A DNA stretch of 64,000 bases from an uncultured Lentisphaeraceae bacterium (GCA_949289005.1 CASEMQ010000007.1:73295-137294); one strand, 5' to 3'; positions 1 through 9,873 are shown, counted from the stretch's first letter. The notes: generated by a model not told the origin, from the letters alone. A program made the numbers and translations.

Positions 1-548
1 ACGCCGTGTCGCACGCGGTGGAGAGTTATTGGGCCAAGTCCGCGAACACGGTGTCGCGGGTGTTGGCGTTGGCGGCCATCCGGCGCGTGATGGGCAACAT
101 CGACGCGTTGTTCGCCGAGGACGAGGCGAGCATTGATGCCGCCCGCGCGGCGATGAGCGAGGGCGCGACCCTGGCCGGGCTGGCCTTCAGCAACACGCAC
201 ACCACGGCGTGCCATTCGCTCTCCTATCCGCTGACCCTGCGCTACGGCATTCCGCACGGCGTGGCGGTCGCGTTGCTGTTGGCCCCGGTGGCGCGGCTCA
301 ACGCGGAGGCCTGCGACGTGACGCCGCTGTTGCAAGCCTTTGGCGCGGACGCGCCGGAGGACATGGCAATCCGTGTCCGCGGGCTCTTGCGCCGTGCGGG
401 ACTGCACGCGCACTTGCGCAGTTGGGGCGCCGCGGAAGGCGACCTGCCCGGCTTGGCGGCCCATGGTTTCACCAAAGGCCGCGCGGACAACAATCCGGTT
501 GCGTTGGACGAGGCGCGTGCGCTGGGTATTTTGCGCGCGATTTTCTGA
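1..548 (+). CDS. Iron-containing alcohol dehydrogenase family protein, C-terminal part (5' end lies outside window)
   Basis: The ORF runs off the 5' edge; the C-terminal 180 aa carry HTTACHSLSYPLTLRYGIPHG, typical of Fe-ADH family enzymes; directly upstream of phnDCEE. Confidence 0.6.
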   Translation, partial: AVSHAVESYWAKSANTVSRVLALAAIRRVMGNIDALFAEDEASIDAARAAMSEGATLAGLAFSNTHTTACHSLSYPLTLRYGIPHGVAVALLLAPVARLNAEACDVTPLLQAFGADAPEDMAIRVRGLLRRAGLHAHLRSWGAAEGDLPGLAAHGFTKGRADNNPVALDEARALGILRAIF

Positions 549-557
549 GGAGTTCGC

Positions 558-1454
558 ATGAAGCTGTTTCGCCTTTTCGGCCTAGGTTTGCTTTGTTTGG
601 GGGTTGTGAGCGCCGGTTGCAAGCAGGAGGCCGACAACGTGCTCACAATCGCCTACGCGCCCAACGAGTCCACCGAGCAGAGCGTCGATGCCCGCAACGG
701 CATGGCCGCCGCGCTGGGGAAGGCGCTCGGGATACCGGTGCGCGAGGTCCACACCAGCGACTACACGGCAATTATCGAGGCCCTTCGCACCGGTCAGGCC
801 GACATGGCCTACATCGGCTCGCTGGCGGTGGGCATGGCGATGAAGCGCGCCAAGGCCACGCCCATCGTGATGAAGGCCCCCGGTGGCGACAAGGCCAAGG
901 CCATTTACCAGTCGGTGATCGTGGCGCGCGCGGACAACGACGCCATCCGCTCGCTCCGCGACCTCAAGGGCCGCACGATGACCTTTGTCGACCCCGACTC
1001 CACCTCGGGCAACCTGATCCCGACGGCCGACATCATCAAGGCCTTCCCGGAACTGAAACTCAATTCCGACCTGCTCCACGCCAACGGACGCTTCTTCGAG
1101 GCCGTCAGCTACTCCGGCAAACACCAGGCCGGCCTGCAGGCGGTGCTCAAGGGCGACATCGACGCCGCGCCGTGCTCGGACAATATCCTGGCCTTCGAGA
1201 TCGCGCGCGGCGCCGTCCCCCAGGGTGCGCTCAAGGTCATCCACACTTCCGCGCCCATCCCGGCGGAGGCATTTGTGGTGGGGCGCTCGGTGCCGCCCGA
1301 GACGCGCGAGAAAATCCGCGCCTTCCTCACGGCCTATGACGACGAAGCCTATTTCGCGCAGTTGCTCAAGGTGCCAGGGGCGCGCTTCGTGCCCTGTTCC
1401 GAGGCAGATTACCGGCCGATTTTGGATCTTTATCTCGCGTTGAATGGAGAGTGA
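558..1454 (+). CDS. phnD: Phosphonate ABC transporter substrate-binding protein
   Basis: 298 aa with N-terminal signal/lipoprotein-like peptide (LLCLGVVSAGC); PhnD-like periplasmic binding fold motifs (DMAYIGSLAV, TFVDPDSTSG); followed by phnC and two phnE genes. Confidence 0.75.
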   Translation: MKLFRLFGLGLLCLGVVSAGCKQEADNVLTIAYAPNESTEQSVDARNGMAAALGKALGIPVREVHTSDYTAIIEALRTGQADMAYIGSLAVGMAMKRAKATPIVMKAPGGDKAKAIYQSVIVARADNDAIRSLRDLKGRTMTFVDPDSTSGNLIPTADIIKAFPELKLNSDLLHANGRFFEAVSYSGKHQAGLQAVLKGDIDAAPCSDNILAFEIARGAVPQGALKVIHTSAPIPAEAFVVGRSVPPETREKIRAFLTAYDDEAYFAQLLKVPGARFVPCSEADYRPILDLYLALNGE

Positions 1455-1457
1455 TCC

Positions 1458-2276
1458 ATGGAGCAGCCAATCGTCTCCTTCCGCGCGGTCGGGAAGCGCT
1501 ATCCCAACGGTACCCATGCGTTGCGCGACATCTCACTTGACATCGCCCCCGGCGAGTTCGTCTCGATCATCGGCCCCTCGGGCTCCGGCAAATCGACCTT
1601 GTTGCGCCTGGTCAATCGCCTGATCGCGGCCACGGAGGGGGAGGTCGTGGTCGATGGGCAGGACATGGCGCGCCTCCGTGGCGCGGCTCTGCGCGCGCAA
1701 CGCCGCAAGGTGGGGATGGTCTTCCAGAACTACAACCTGGTCTATCGCCTTTCGGTGCTCCAGAATGCCCTTCACGGTCGATTGGGCCATCTCGGCGGGT
1801 TGCGCGGGCTCTTGGGGCTCTATCCCGAGGCGGACAAACGGCGCGCTTTCGACCTCTTGGTTTCCCTTGGGCTGGGGCCTTTCGGCTATGTGCGCGCGGG
1901 CGAACTCTCCGGCGGCCAGAAACAACGCGTCGGCATCGCCCGCGCCATCATGCAAGATCCCAAGGTGCTCCTCTGCGACGAGCCCATCGCCTCGCTCGAC
2001 CCGGCCTCCGCCAAGACGATCATGGATACGCTGCGCGACGAGACACGGCGCCGCGGCCTTGCCTGTCTGGTCAATCTGCACCAACTTGACGTGGCGCGCA
2101 AGTATTCCACGCGCATTGTCGGCCTCCGCAAGGGCCGGCTTGTCTTCGACGGAAAGCCGGAGACGTTGGACACCGCCGCCGTGGCGCGCATCTATGGGGC
2201 CGAGGGCGCCCCTGAAGCCCATCCCGACGAGAAAAACGATGACACCGATGACACCGCCGCCCGCCGTGCGGGCTGA
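1458..2276 (+). CDS. phnC: Phosphonate ABC transporter ATP-binding protein
   Basis: Walker A GPSGSGKST, ABC signature LSGGQKQR, Walker B LLCDEP; sits between phnD and phnE. Confidence 0.8.
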   Translation: MEQPIVSFRAVGKRYPNGTHALRDISLDIAPGEFVSIIGPSGSGKSTLLRLVNRLIAATEGEVVVDGQDMARLRGAALRAQRRKVGMVFQNYNLVYRLSVLQNALHGRLGHLGGLRGLLGLYPEADKRRAFDLLVSLGLGPFGYVRAGELSGGQKQRVGIARAIMQDPKVLLCDEPIASLDPASAKTIMDTLRDETRRRGLACLVNLHQLDVARKYSTRIVGLRKGRLVFDGKPETLDTAAVARIYGAEGAPEAHPDEKNDDTDDTAARRAG

Positions 2277-3045
2277 ACGGCGCGCCTATGCGTGCTTCTT
2301 CGCGGCGCTTGTGGCCGTCGTCATCCTGTGTACGTGGGGCACGGGCTTTAATCCCTTCGCCCTCTTCGCGCAGGGCGACGCCTTCTGGGCCTTTTTTGCC
2401 GAGGATTTTTGGCCGCCGCGCATGCCCGAGCGCGCCGGGCGGCTGGAGGCGATTTTGGGTGGCATCCTCGTGACGTTGGCGATGGCGATTGCCTCGGCCA
2501 CGGTGGCGGCGGTGTTGGCCTTTCTCACGGCGCTTTTCGCGAGCGAGCGCGTCTCGCCTTTCCCGCGGGTGGCACCGGTAGTGCGCGGGTTGGCCACTTT
2601 TGTGCGCAACATCCCGGCGTTGGTGTGGGCCTTCATCCTCTTCTCGTCGCTCGGGATCGGCACGGGGGTCGGCTTCGTGGCGCTCGGCCTCTCCAGCCAT
2701 GCGTTTTTGGTGCGCGCTTTCGCCGAGACGATGGAGGATATGTCCCAGGATTGCCTGGAGAGCCTGCTGGCCGTCGGGGCGACCTTCCCGCAACGCGTGG
2801 TGCATGGCATTCTGCCCTCCTGCATGGCGGGTTTGGTCTCGTGGTATCTGTATAGCCTGGAGGTGAACATCCGCGCCTCGGCGGTGGTGGGCATGGTGGG
2901 CGGTGGCGGCATTGGCCTGGTGCTTTTCTCCTACATCAAGTCCTTCAACTACCACGTGGCCTTTTTCATCATCCTGCTCATCGCCGCGCTGGTCATTGCG
3001 GTGGATTGGGTCACCGGCCGCCTGCGAAAGGAATTGGCGCAATGA
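2239..3045 (+). CDS. phnE: Phosphonate ABC transporter permease
   Basis: C-terminal 268 aa of the 1654..3045 ORF are hydrophobic multi-TM PhnE-like (EAILGGILVTLAMAIAS...). An ATG at 2239 (or 2248) is in frame; the start is uncertain and overlaps the phnC 3' end. Confidence 0.65.
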   Translation: MTPMTPPPAVRAERRAYACFFAALVAVVILCTWGTGFNPFALFAQGDAFWAFFAEDFWPPRMPERAGRLEAILGGILVTLAMAIASATVAAVLAFLTALFASERVSPFPRVAPVVRGLATFVRNIPALVWAFILFSSLGIGTGVGFVALGLSSHAFLVRAFAETMEDMSQDCLESLLAVGATFPQRVVHGILPSCMAGLVSWYLYSLEVNIRASAVVGMVGGGGIGLVLFSYIKSFNYHVAFFIILLIAALVIAVDWVTGRLRKELAQ

Positions 3046-3863
3046 ACACGCAAACGACGCCCGCGCCGCGTCTGGATCGCCTCGGGCATATCCGCATTGC
3101 CCCGGCGCGGCGGAGTTGGGCCCTGCCGCTGTTTTTGGCCGGGGCGGCGCTCGCCGCGTCCGCGAGCCTGGTTTACCTGGATTTGCCGTGGGCCAAGCTG
3201 GCCTCGCGCGTGCCCGACCTAGGCGAGGTCTTCTGGAAATTGGGACATTTGGACTTCACGCGCTGGGAGCTGATCCTCTCGGCCACGCGCGAGACGGTTT
3301 GCGTGGCGGTGCTCGCCACCTTCTACGGCATGTTGTTGGGGCTCGTCTTCGGGATGCTGGCTGCCGAGAACGTTCTGCGCATTCCTTTCCTTGCGCCGGC
3401 CATCAAAGCACTTTTCACCTTCCTGCGTGCGGTGCCGACGCCGGTCTGGGTGTTGCTCATGATGGTGTGCGTGGGCATGGGCCCCGCCGCGGGTATCGCG
3501 GGCCTGTGCGTCCACACCACGGCGTTTTTCACGCGCGCCTTCGCGCAGAGTTTCGAGGACATCCCCGCCGAGACGTTGGAGGCGCTGGAGGCCACGGGCA
3601 TCGGTCGCGTCGGCGTTTTCCTGAACGCCGTCCTGCCCTCGGCGTTGGCGCGCATCGTGGCATGGGTGGGCATGCGCCTGGAAATCAACGTGGCCGAGTG
3701 TGCCATCCTGGGCATGGTGGGCGCGGGCGGCGTCGGCTTCGTCATTGCCAACGGTATCCAAAATTACGAATACGGCTCGGCCGGTGTGGCCATTCTGTTG
3801 GTGTTTGCCTTGGCCTACTTCACCGAACGTCTTTTCGTCTTTCTCAAGCGCCGCCTACGCTGA
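3042..3863 (+). CDS. phnE: Phosphonate ABC transporter permease (second copy)
   Basis: ATG at 3042 overlaps the upstream stop (ATGA); 273 aa multi-TM protein paralogous to the upstream PhnE. Confidence 0.7.
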   Translation: MNTQTTPAPRLDRLGHIRIAPARRSWALPLFLAGAALAASASLVYLDLPWAKLASRVPDLGEVFWKLGHLDFTRWELILSATRETVCVAVLATFYGMLLGLVFGMLAAENVLRIPFLAPAIKALFTFLRAVPTPVWVLLMMVCVGMGPAAGIAGLCVHTTAFFTRAFAQSFEDIPAETLEALEATGIGRVGVFLNAVLPSALARIVAWVGMRLEINVAECAILGMVGAGGVGFVIANGIQNYEYGSAGVAILLVFALAYFTERLFVFLKRRLR

Positions 3864-3885
3864 CGCGTTGCCCGGGAAGAGACAA

Positions 3886-3925
3886 CAAAAGGGCGCGGCG
3901 CCAATCCGGCGCCGCGCCCTTTTGT
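3886..3925. terminator. Perfect 16-bp-stem hairpin between convergent phnE and the EEP gene (bidirectional terminator)
   Basis: aaaagggcgcggcgcc-aatcc-ggcgccgcgcccttttg; A/T runs on both sides. Confidence 0.6.
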
Positions 3926-3956
3926 TTGCGGGATGGGTTTTGTCGCCGCCCGTGGC

Positions 3957-4799
3957 TCACGGTTCGGTCGCTTTCGTCACCTGTGCACGGACGAGCACGG
4001 GCATATGGTCGGAGAGGGGCGCTTGTTTGTCGTAGACGCAACGGCGGGTGCCGGGCAGGGCCTTCCAGACCTCGCCCTTGGCGGCGCGCGCGAAGACGTG
4101 GTCGATGGCCTTGCTCGTTGGGTCGAGGTAGGTGAACGTGTCGGGATCCGGGGTGAGCGGGGTGAGGAGGGTGGCGAGCGTCTTGAGCTCGGGCGAGTCG
4201 AGGTCGGCGTTGAGGTCGCCCGCGAGGAGGACGCGGTCGGCGGGGTTGTCCTTGATGTATTGGACGATGGCCTTGGTCTGCGTTTGGCGGGCGGAGGAAG
4301 GGAAGTCCAGGTGCGTCACGAAGACGGCGAGGGTCTTGCCGTCGGCCATGCGGAAACGCGCGTCGAGAAGGACGCGGGGCTCGTTGGTCTTGGGCAGGGG
4401 CACCACCTTGGTCGAGAGCGGCTTGTATTTGGAAAGCAGCGCCACGCCGTATTCACCCCCGCGCAAGGGGATGGCCTTGGCGAAGACGTGGTGGGAATAG
4501 CCCGCGGCCTTGGCCAGTTCGCCCGCCGTGTCGCGCTTGGGGTTGCCGTTGCGCCCCACGAATTGATCCACCTCCTGGAGCGCCACGAAGTCCGCGCCCG
4601 TCTCCCGGATGGTTCGCGCCGCGCGCGGCAGGTCAAAGGGCGGCTTGAAGCCATAACGCGCCCCCGCGCCGCCGCCAATGTTGAAGGTGAGGTAAGCCAC
4701 CGCGGTGGGGACGTCGCCCCCCGCCTCGCCTGCCCGGGCAACGCCAACCCACGCCGAACAAAACGCCAGCGCCAACACGCCAAAACGCAACCAATTCAT
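3957..4799 (-). CDS. Secreted endonuclease/exonuclease/phosphatase (EEP) family protein
   Basis: The true start is the internal ATG at 4799 (MNWLRFGVLALAFCSAWVGVARA signal peptide); the low-complexity upstream extension of the long ORF is rejected. EEP-like motifs: ALQEV, LAGDLNAD, SDHMPV. Confidence 0.65.
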   Translation of the reverse strand: MNWLRFGVLALAFCSAWVGVARAGEAGGDVPTAVAYLTFNIGGGAGARYGFKPPFDLPRAARTIRETGADFVALQEVDQFVGRNGNPKRDTAGELAKAAGYSHHVFAKAIPLRGGEYGVALLSKYKPLSTKVVPLPKTNEPRVLLDARFRMADGKTLAVFVTHLDFPSSARQTQTKAIVQYIKDNPADRVLLAGDLNADLDSPELKTLATLLTPLTPDPDTFTYLDPTSKAIDHVFARAAKGEVWKALPGTRRCVYDKQAPLSDHMPVLVRAQVTKATEP

Positions 4800-4878
4800 C
4801 GAGCACTCCTTTCCGTTTTGAGAGAAGCCCAGTGTATCACGATTTTGTCCGTCGGCGCGCGCCGCGCCTCCCGCCGCG

Positions 4879-4911
4879 GGGTCGGCGCATACAAAAAGGC
4901 GCACCGCATCC
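4879..4911 (-). terminator. Rho-independent terminator downstream of nadA
   Basis: On the minus strand: GGCGCACC-aaggatgc-GGTGCGCC followed by TTTTTGTAT. Confidence 0.55.
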
Positions 4912-4953
4912 TTGGTGCGCCGCTTGGCCCCTGCAATGCTTCCGGCGAGCCCG

Positions 4954-6012
4954 TCAGGCGAGGGCGAGCATACGTTGGACGCAGGCGTGGGCGTCGGGAA
5001 GGAGAGCGTCCGGGACGCGGACGAGCGTGTCGTCGGGCCAGGCTTGGAGGACGCGCAGGAGCGCCTCGGGGGTGGTGCGGCCCATGTCTTGGCAGATGAT
5101 GGGGCGCAGGGGGTGGATGTCGAGGTCGGGGTGTGCGGCGGCGAGGCGCCGCACAAGGTGTTCCTCGGTGCCGATGAGGAGGTGGGTGCCCGGCTCGGCG
5201 CGGGAGACGGCCTCGATGATGGCCTTGGTGGAGCCCACGGCCTCGGCGAGCGCGGCGACCTTGACGGGGGCCTCGGGATGGATGAGGAGTTCGGCGCCGG
5301 GGTGACGGGTGCGCGCGGTTGCCACATCGCCGGGGGTGTAGCCGGCGTGGATGGGGCAACAGCCGTCCCATGCCACGGCCTTCGCCGCGCGGATGCGCGT
5401 GGCGTCGAGGCCGCCATTGTCCAAGGCGCGGCGCCAGAGGGCAACGGCATCGGCAGGGAGGCCGAGCAGGTGGGCGGTGTTGGCGCAGAGGTGCTGGTCG
5501 GGCGCGAAGAAGACTTTGCGCTTGGCCGCGAAGAGGTGCCCCAACACCTTGGTCGCGTTGCCGGAGGTACAGGCCATGCCGCCGTGGCGCCCGCAGAAGG
5601 CCTTGACCTCGGCGGAAGAGTTCACGTAGACCACCGGCACCCAGGCGGCCTTTGGGTCGGCCGCGATGAGGCGCGCCCAAGCGGCCTCGAGCGCTTCCGC
5701 GGTGGCCATGTCGGCCATCGGGCAACCGGCCTTGGGCGCGGGCAACCAGACGGTGCGGCCGTTGTCGCCGCCCATCGGGCCGCGTGCCAGAATGTCCGCC
5801 GTCTCCGCCATGAAACGCACGCCGCAGAAGACGATGCGCTCGGCCGTCGATTGGGCGGCGATGCGCGAGAGTTCCAACGAGTCGCCCACCGCATCGCAGA
5901 GAGCCACCACGGAGGAATCTTGGTAATGGTGCCCCAAAATCAGCAGGCGGTCGCCCCACTTGGCGCGTTCCGCCGCGAGGGCCGCTTGGCAATCGTTCGC
6001 CGTCATGTTCAT
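4954..6012 (-). CDS. nadA: Quinolinate synthase A
   Basis: 352 aa; LILGHHYQ, FCGVRFMAETA and conserved Cys ligands typical of NadA. Confidence 0.85.
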   Translation of the reverse strand: MNMTANDCQAALAAERAKWGDRLLILGHHYQDSSVVALCDAVGDSLELSRIAAQSTAERIVFCGVRFMAETADILARGPMGGDNGRTVWLPAPKAGCPMADMATAEALEAAWARLIAADPKAAWVPVVYVNSSAEVKAFCGRHGGMACTSGNATKVLGHLFAAKRKVFFAPDQHLCANTAHLLGLPADAVALWRRALDNGGLDATRIRAAKAVAWDGCCPIHAGYTPGDVATARTRHPGAELLIHPEAPVKVAALAEAVGSTKAIIEAVSRAEPGTHLLIGTEEHLVRRLAAAHPDLDIHPLRPIICQDMGRTTPEALLRVLQAWPDDTLVRVPDALLPDAHACVQRMLALA

Positions 6013-6449
6013 TCCTCCGTTACCGTCGCGTGGCGGTCTCCCGCGTCATCCAGGGTCAGGCGCAGGGTCAGGCGGTGCGGCACCTCCGCGCCCAACACCT
6101 CCCACGCGCGTTCGGGCCATTCGATGACGACGCGCGCGCCATCCTCAAGCGCCTCCTCCAGCCCCAGGTCATAGAGCCCCTGCGGCGAGGCCAGGCGGTA
6201 GAGATCCATGTGTACCAACGCGCCGCCGTGCGGCAAGGGATAGGCATTGGCCAAGGTGAAGGTGGGGCTCGTCACGGGGCGCGCCACGCCCAACGCCTTG
6301 GCGAGCGCCTGCGTGAAGGTCGTCTTCCCCGCACCCAAATCCCCCACCAGAAGCAAGACGCCTCCCGGGCGCAACCACGCGGCCACCTCGGCGGCCAGTT
6401 CGGCCGTGTCGGCCAAGGTGCGCAATGTCCGGGAGGCGAGTGTCTTCAC
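6009..6449 (-). CDS. tsaE: tRNA threonylcarbamoyladenosine biosynthesis protein TsaE
   Basis: P-loop GDLGAGKTTF and SPTF motifs; preferred start is GTG at 6449, overlapping the stop of the upstream gene (ATGTGA). The longer ORF to 6542 would overlap nfu by about 97 nt. Confidence 0.6.
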   Translation of the reverse strand: MKTLASRTLRTLADTAELAAEVAAWLRPGGVLLLVGDLGAGKTTFTQALAKALGVARPVTSPTFTLANAYPLPHGGALVHMDLYRLASPQGLYDLGLEEALEDGARVVIEWPERAWEVLGAEVPHRLTLRLTLDDAGDRHATVTEE

Positions 6450-6676
6450 ATCACGCGCTCCACCGTGATCTCGGGATCCAGCTCCTCGCGCAGGATGCGT
6501 TGGATGCCGTCCTTGATGGTCATCGTCGCGTGCGGGCAACACCCACAGGCGCCGCGCAGGCGCAGATGCACCGTCTTCCCCTCGATGTCGATTACCTCCA
6601 AGTCCCCGCCGTCCGCCTGAAGCATGCCGCGGAGTTCCTCCAATTTCGCACGAATCTTCGTGTTCAGCTCGTTCAT
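6446..6676 (-). CDS. NifU-like (Nfu-type) Fe-S cluster scaffold domain protein
   Basis: Internal ATG at 6676 gives a 76-aa protein, MNELNTKIRAKLEE...GACGCCPHATMT (the CxxC NifU C-terminal domain); the upstream low-complexity part of the ORF is rejected. Confidence 0.65.
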   Translation of the reverse strand: MNELNTKIRAKLEELRGMLQADGGDLEVIDIEGKTVHLRLRGACGCCPHATMTIKDGIQRILREELDPEITVERVM

Positions 6677-6821
6677 GTCCTTGTTTTCCTTTCGTCTTCC
6701 ATTATACCAAATCTCCCGCCCCGGTGAAGACCGTTTCCACGCCTCAAGCGGGCCTTGGGCGATGCGGTTTTGTCTTTCGGGGGTGGATATGCGATAATGG
6801 GGAACGAGAAAGGAGGCGCGT

Positions 6822-9065
6822 ATGCGCAGACGGGCGTTTTTGAAGGCGATGGGTGCGTGCGTGGCGGGTTTCGCCACGGGCGGCGGGGCATGGGCGATCG
6901 GGCCGATGGAGCGGCGTTTGGCGCCGAGCGAGGCGGTGCCGCCGCCGGGGCGGGGCGCACGGCCCAATGTGATTTTGGTGCTGTGCGACGATTTGGGCTG
7001 GGGCGACTTGGGTGCCTTCTGGCAGAACACGCGCGCGGCGGCCGGCCAGCCGCACATTCACACGCCGTATCTCGACGAGGCGATGCGCCGGGGCGTGATG
7101 CTCACCAACGCCTTCACCACGGCGCCGGTCTGTGCGCCCGCGCGCGCCTCGATGGTCACCGGCAAGCACCAGGGACACTGCAATCTGCGCGACAATATGT
7201 TCGACCGCCCCGTGGACGCGCACATGACCCTGGGCACCGTGATGAAGCGTGCGGGCTACGCCACTTGGCACGTCGGCAAATGGGGCATCGGCGGCGGCTA
7301 CGAGAGTGGCGGGCAGCCCCGCCGCGCGATGGCGTGCGACGCGGGCTTCGATTATTCCTACGGTTATCCCGCGCATGGCCACGGCCATTCCTTTTACCAC
7401 TGGGAACATGCCGATTGGCGCAATTCCAACGCCGGCTCGCCCCTCGTGGAAAACGTCTCCGCCGCCGCCAAGGACGACGCTTTTTACGCAAACCTTTCCG
7501 CCGGCGCCTGCGGTTGGGAGCGCGACACGGACGGCACCTACTGGCGGCGGCTCGTCGCCGACGCCGAGTGCCGCCATTGCTATGACACCGACCTCTTCAC
7601 GGCCAAAATCAAACAGCTCATCCTGGCCCACCAAGAGGCCGGGCGCGACGCGCCTTTCTTCTGCTATGCCTGCTATACCACGAGCCACGGCTCCGGCAAC
7701 ACCCACGGCGACCCCGACATGGCCTCGACGGCCAACTTCCACGTTCCCGGCAACGCCTATCCCGAGGCGGATGCGGCGGACACACAATGGGGCGGCGGCG
7801 TGACGTGGGAGAAGGACGCGCGCGGTTACCTTCCCTTCAAGGCCGTGGACGCCGAGGGCGCCAACACCTCCAACACCTGGATCCACCCCGATTACCAAAG
7901 CCTCGACACCGACTCCAAGCGCCGCTACGCCACCAATATCCGCCGCCTGGACGACGCGCTCGGCGACCTGCTCCGCTTCCTGAAGGTGCGTGGCCTCGAC
8001 CAAAACACCCTCTTCGTCTTCACCTCCGACAATGGCCCCGCGGGCGAGTACCTCACCCCCGCCGGCATCAACTGGGTGGAGAACGCCTTCGATTCCAACG
8101 GCCCCTATCGCGGCATGAAGCGCTGGAGTTACGATGGCGGCCTGCGCGAGCCCACCTTCGCCCTCTGGCCCGGCGTCATCCCCGCATCGGGCGGCGACAC
8201 GCCCCGCGTCTGCGCGGAACCCTTTCAGTTTCCCGCGTGGATGGCCACCTTGGCCGATGTGGCCGGCCTGCCCCAACCGGCCCATTGCGACGGCGTCTCG
8301 CTCCTCCCCGCCCTCACCGGCCAAGGCCGCCAGCTCCCCATGCGCCTCTACGCCGAATACAATGACGGCGGCTCCGGGCAGAACTTCGGCTTCGAGCAGA
8401 TGGTGCGCGACGGCGACTACGTCCTCATCCGCAACAACGGCATCAACGGCACGCGCGAGCTCTACGACGTGGCCGCCGACCCCGAGCAGGCGGACAACCT
8501 CGCCGCCGACCCCGCCCAGGCCGATCGCGTGCGGTGGATGACCGACCTGCTCGTTGCCTGCCGCGTCCCGGTGGCCAAGGTGCCCGACGCCTGCGGCGCG
8601 CCCGCCGCCTACGCGAACAGCCACCCCGGCATCGAGGGTGCGGCAATGCCCGCCACGCCCCTGCGCGGCGACCTGCCGCCCATCGAGGCGCGCCTCTTCC
8701 TGACGGGCGCAGCCGAGTGGCCTTGGGTGCCCAACTTCCGCACGCTCGCCCCCGACGCCGCCTTCCTGGCGCAGACCTTCGCCGCGGTGCGCGAGCGTCT
8801 CCCCGCCGGCTGCGCCTTCGGCCTGGAACTCTCCGGCTGGATCGACGTGCCGGCGGAGGGCGACGTCACCTTTTCCGCCACCGGCGCGGGCGGTTGCCAA
8901 CTGTGGTTGCACGAGGCCCACATCCTGGAATACGAGGCGGGCGACTGTGCCGCAGGCCGTGCCATTACCCTGCGCCTGGCCAAGGGCCGGCACCCGTGGC
9001 GCCTCGCCCTCACCTCCGCCGACGGCCCCGACGGCCTCTGCGCTGTCACCTCCCTGGGCCTCTGA
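6822..9065 (+). CDS. Tat-exported sulfatase (arylsulfatase family) with ~250 aa C-terminal extension
   Basis: Twin-arginine signal MRRRAFLKAMGA...; formylglycine motif CAPARASMVTG; sulfatase core LVLCDDLGWGD, FTSDNGP; the C-terminal third is an additional beta-rich domain. Confidence 0.8.
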   Translation: MRRRAFLKAMGACVAGFATGGGAWAIGPMERRLAPSEAVPPPGRGARPNVILVLCDDLGWGDLGAFWQNTRAAAGQPHIHTPYLDEAMRRGVMLTNAFTTAPVCAPARASMVTGKHQGHCNLRDNMFDRPVDAHMTLGTVMKRAGYATWHVGKWGIGGGYESGGQPRRAMACDAGFDYSYGYPAHGHGHSFYHWEHADWRNSNAGSPLVENVSAAAKDDAFYANLSAGACGWERDTDGTYWRRLVADAECRHCYDTDLFTAKIKQLILAHQEAGRDAPFFCYACYTTSHGSGNTHGDPDMASTANFHVPGNAYPEADAADTQWGGGVTWEKDARGYLPFKAVDAEGANTSNTWIHPDYQSLDTDSKRRYATNIRRLDDALGDLLRFLKVRGLDQNTLFVFTSDNGPAGEYLTPAGINWVENAFDSNGPYRGMKRWSYDGGLREPTFALWPGVIPASGGDTPRVCAEPFQFPAWMATLADVAGLPQPAHCDGVSLLPALTGQGRQLPMRLYAEYNDGGSGQNFGFEQMVRDGDYVLIRNNGINGTRELYDVAADPEQADNLAADPAQADRVRWMTDLLVACRVPVAKVPDACGAPAAYANSHPGIEGAAMPATPLRGDLPPIEARLFLTGAAEWPWVPNFRTLAPDAAFLAQTFAAVRERLPAGCAFGLELSGWIDVPAEGDVTFSATGAGGCQLWLHEAHILEYEAGDCAAGRAITLRLAKGRHPWRLALTSADGPDGLCAVTSLGL

Positions 9066-9144
9066 CGCGCGAAAAGGGCTTGACGTGGAGTGTGCTCAAA
9101 GGTGTACACTGTGGGCATTTTGATTGAGTGAAAGGAATTGCGTT

Positions 9145-9873
9145 ATGCATATGGAGTCCATGCTTGTCTCGACCGTGGTGGGCGCCTCGTTCTGGGGCGT
9201 CTCGGGGGCCTCTCTTGGCGTGGCGGCGCCGCGCATCGATCGCGCGAAGGTGCCGTTGGCGTTGGGCGCGGGCGCGTTTGTCTTTGGCGCGCAGATGATG
9301 AATTGCGCGGTGCCGGCGACGGGCGCGAGCGGCCACTTGGTGGGCGCGGTGCTGCTGACGGCGTTGGTGGGGCCGTGGGCGGCCTTCGCGACGATGGCCG
9401 CGATTTTGGGCATTCAGTGCCTGGGCTTCAACGACGGCGGCTTTTTGGCCTACGGCGCGAACCTCTTCAACATGGGGCTCATCGGCTGTTTGTGCGGGGC
9501 GTTGGCCTTCCGCAAGGAACATTCGCCGTTGATGACGATGGCGCTGGCGCTCGTCGCGTCGGTGGCCGCCATCGTGCTGGGCGCGGTGGCTGTCTGCGCG
9601 GAGGTGGCGCTCTCGGGCATCAGCACGTTGCACATGGGCGACTTCCTTGCGGCGATGGTGCCAATCCATGTGGCCATTGGCCTGGGCGAGGGGTTGCTCA
9701 CCGGCATGATTTTGGTGGCGGCGCGGGCGAAGGTCTTCTCGTGGAAGACGCTCACGGCCACCTTCGCCCTCTGCGCGGCGGTGATTGTCCTCGGTCTCTC
9801 GCACGTGGCCTCGACCCTGCCCGACGGGTTGGAGTGGTCGATTGCGCGCGCCACCGCCCCCGCGCAACAATGA
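9145..9873 (+). CDS. cbiM: CbiM/NikM-family Ni/Co ECF-type transporter substrate component (with PDGLE-like C-terminus)
   Basis: ATG at 9145 preceded by aaaggaa; multi-TM; SGHLVGAVL motif like CbiM; C-terminal LPDGLEW; translationally coupled to larB. Confidence 0.65.
   Translation: MHMESMLVSTVVGASFWGVSGASLGVAAPRIDRAKVPLALGAGAFVFGAQMMNCAVPATGASGHLVGAVLLTALVGPWAAFATMAAILGIQCLGFNDGGFLAYGANLFNMGLIGCLCGALAFRKEHSPLMTMALALVASVAAIVLGAVAVCAEVALSGISTLHMGDFLAAMVPIHVAIGLGEGLLTGMILVAARAKVFSWKTLTATFALCAAVIVLGLSHVASTLPDGLEWSIARATAPAQQ

Noticed and set aside
209-1339. 376-aa plus-strand ORF overlapping phnD in another frame
   Set aside because: Arg/Gly/Pro-rich low-complexity translation; phnD in the alternative frame has a signal peptide and binding-protein motifs.
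6446-7057. Full 203-aa version of the Nfu ORF and the 177-aa version of tsaE starting at 6542
   Set aside because: The N-terminal extensions are low-complexity and would force a ~100-nt overlap between the two genes. Internal starts (ATG 6676, GTG 6449) give canonical-length proteins with a stop/start overlap.
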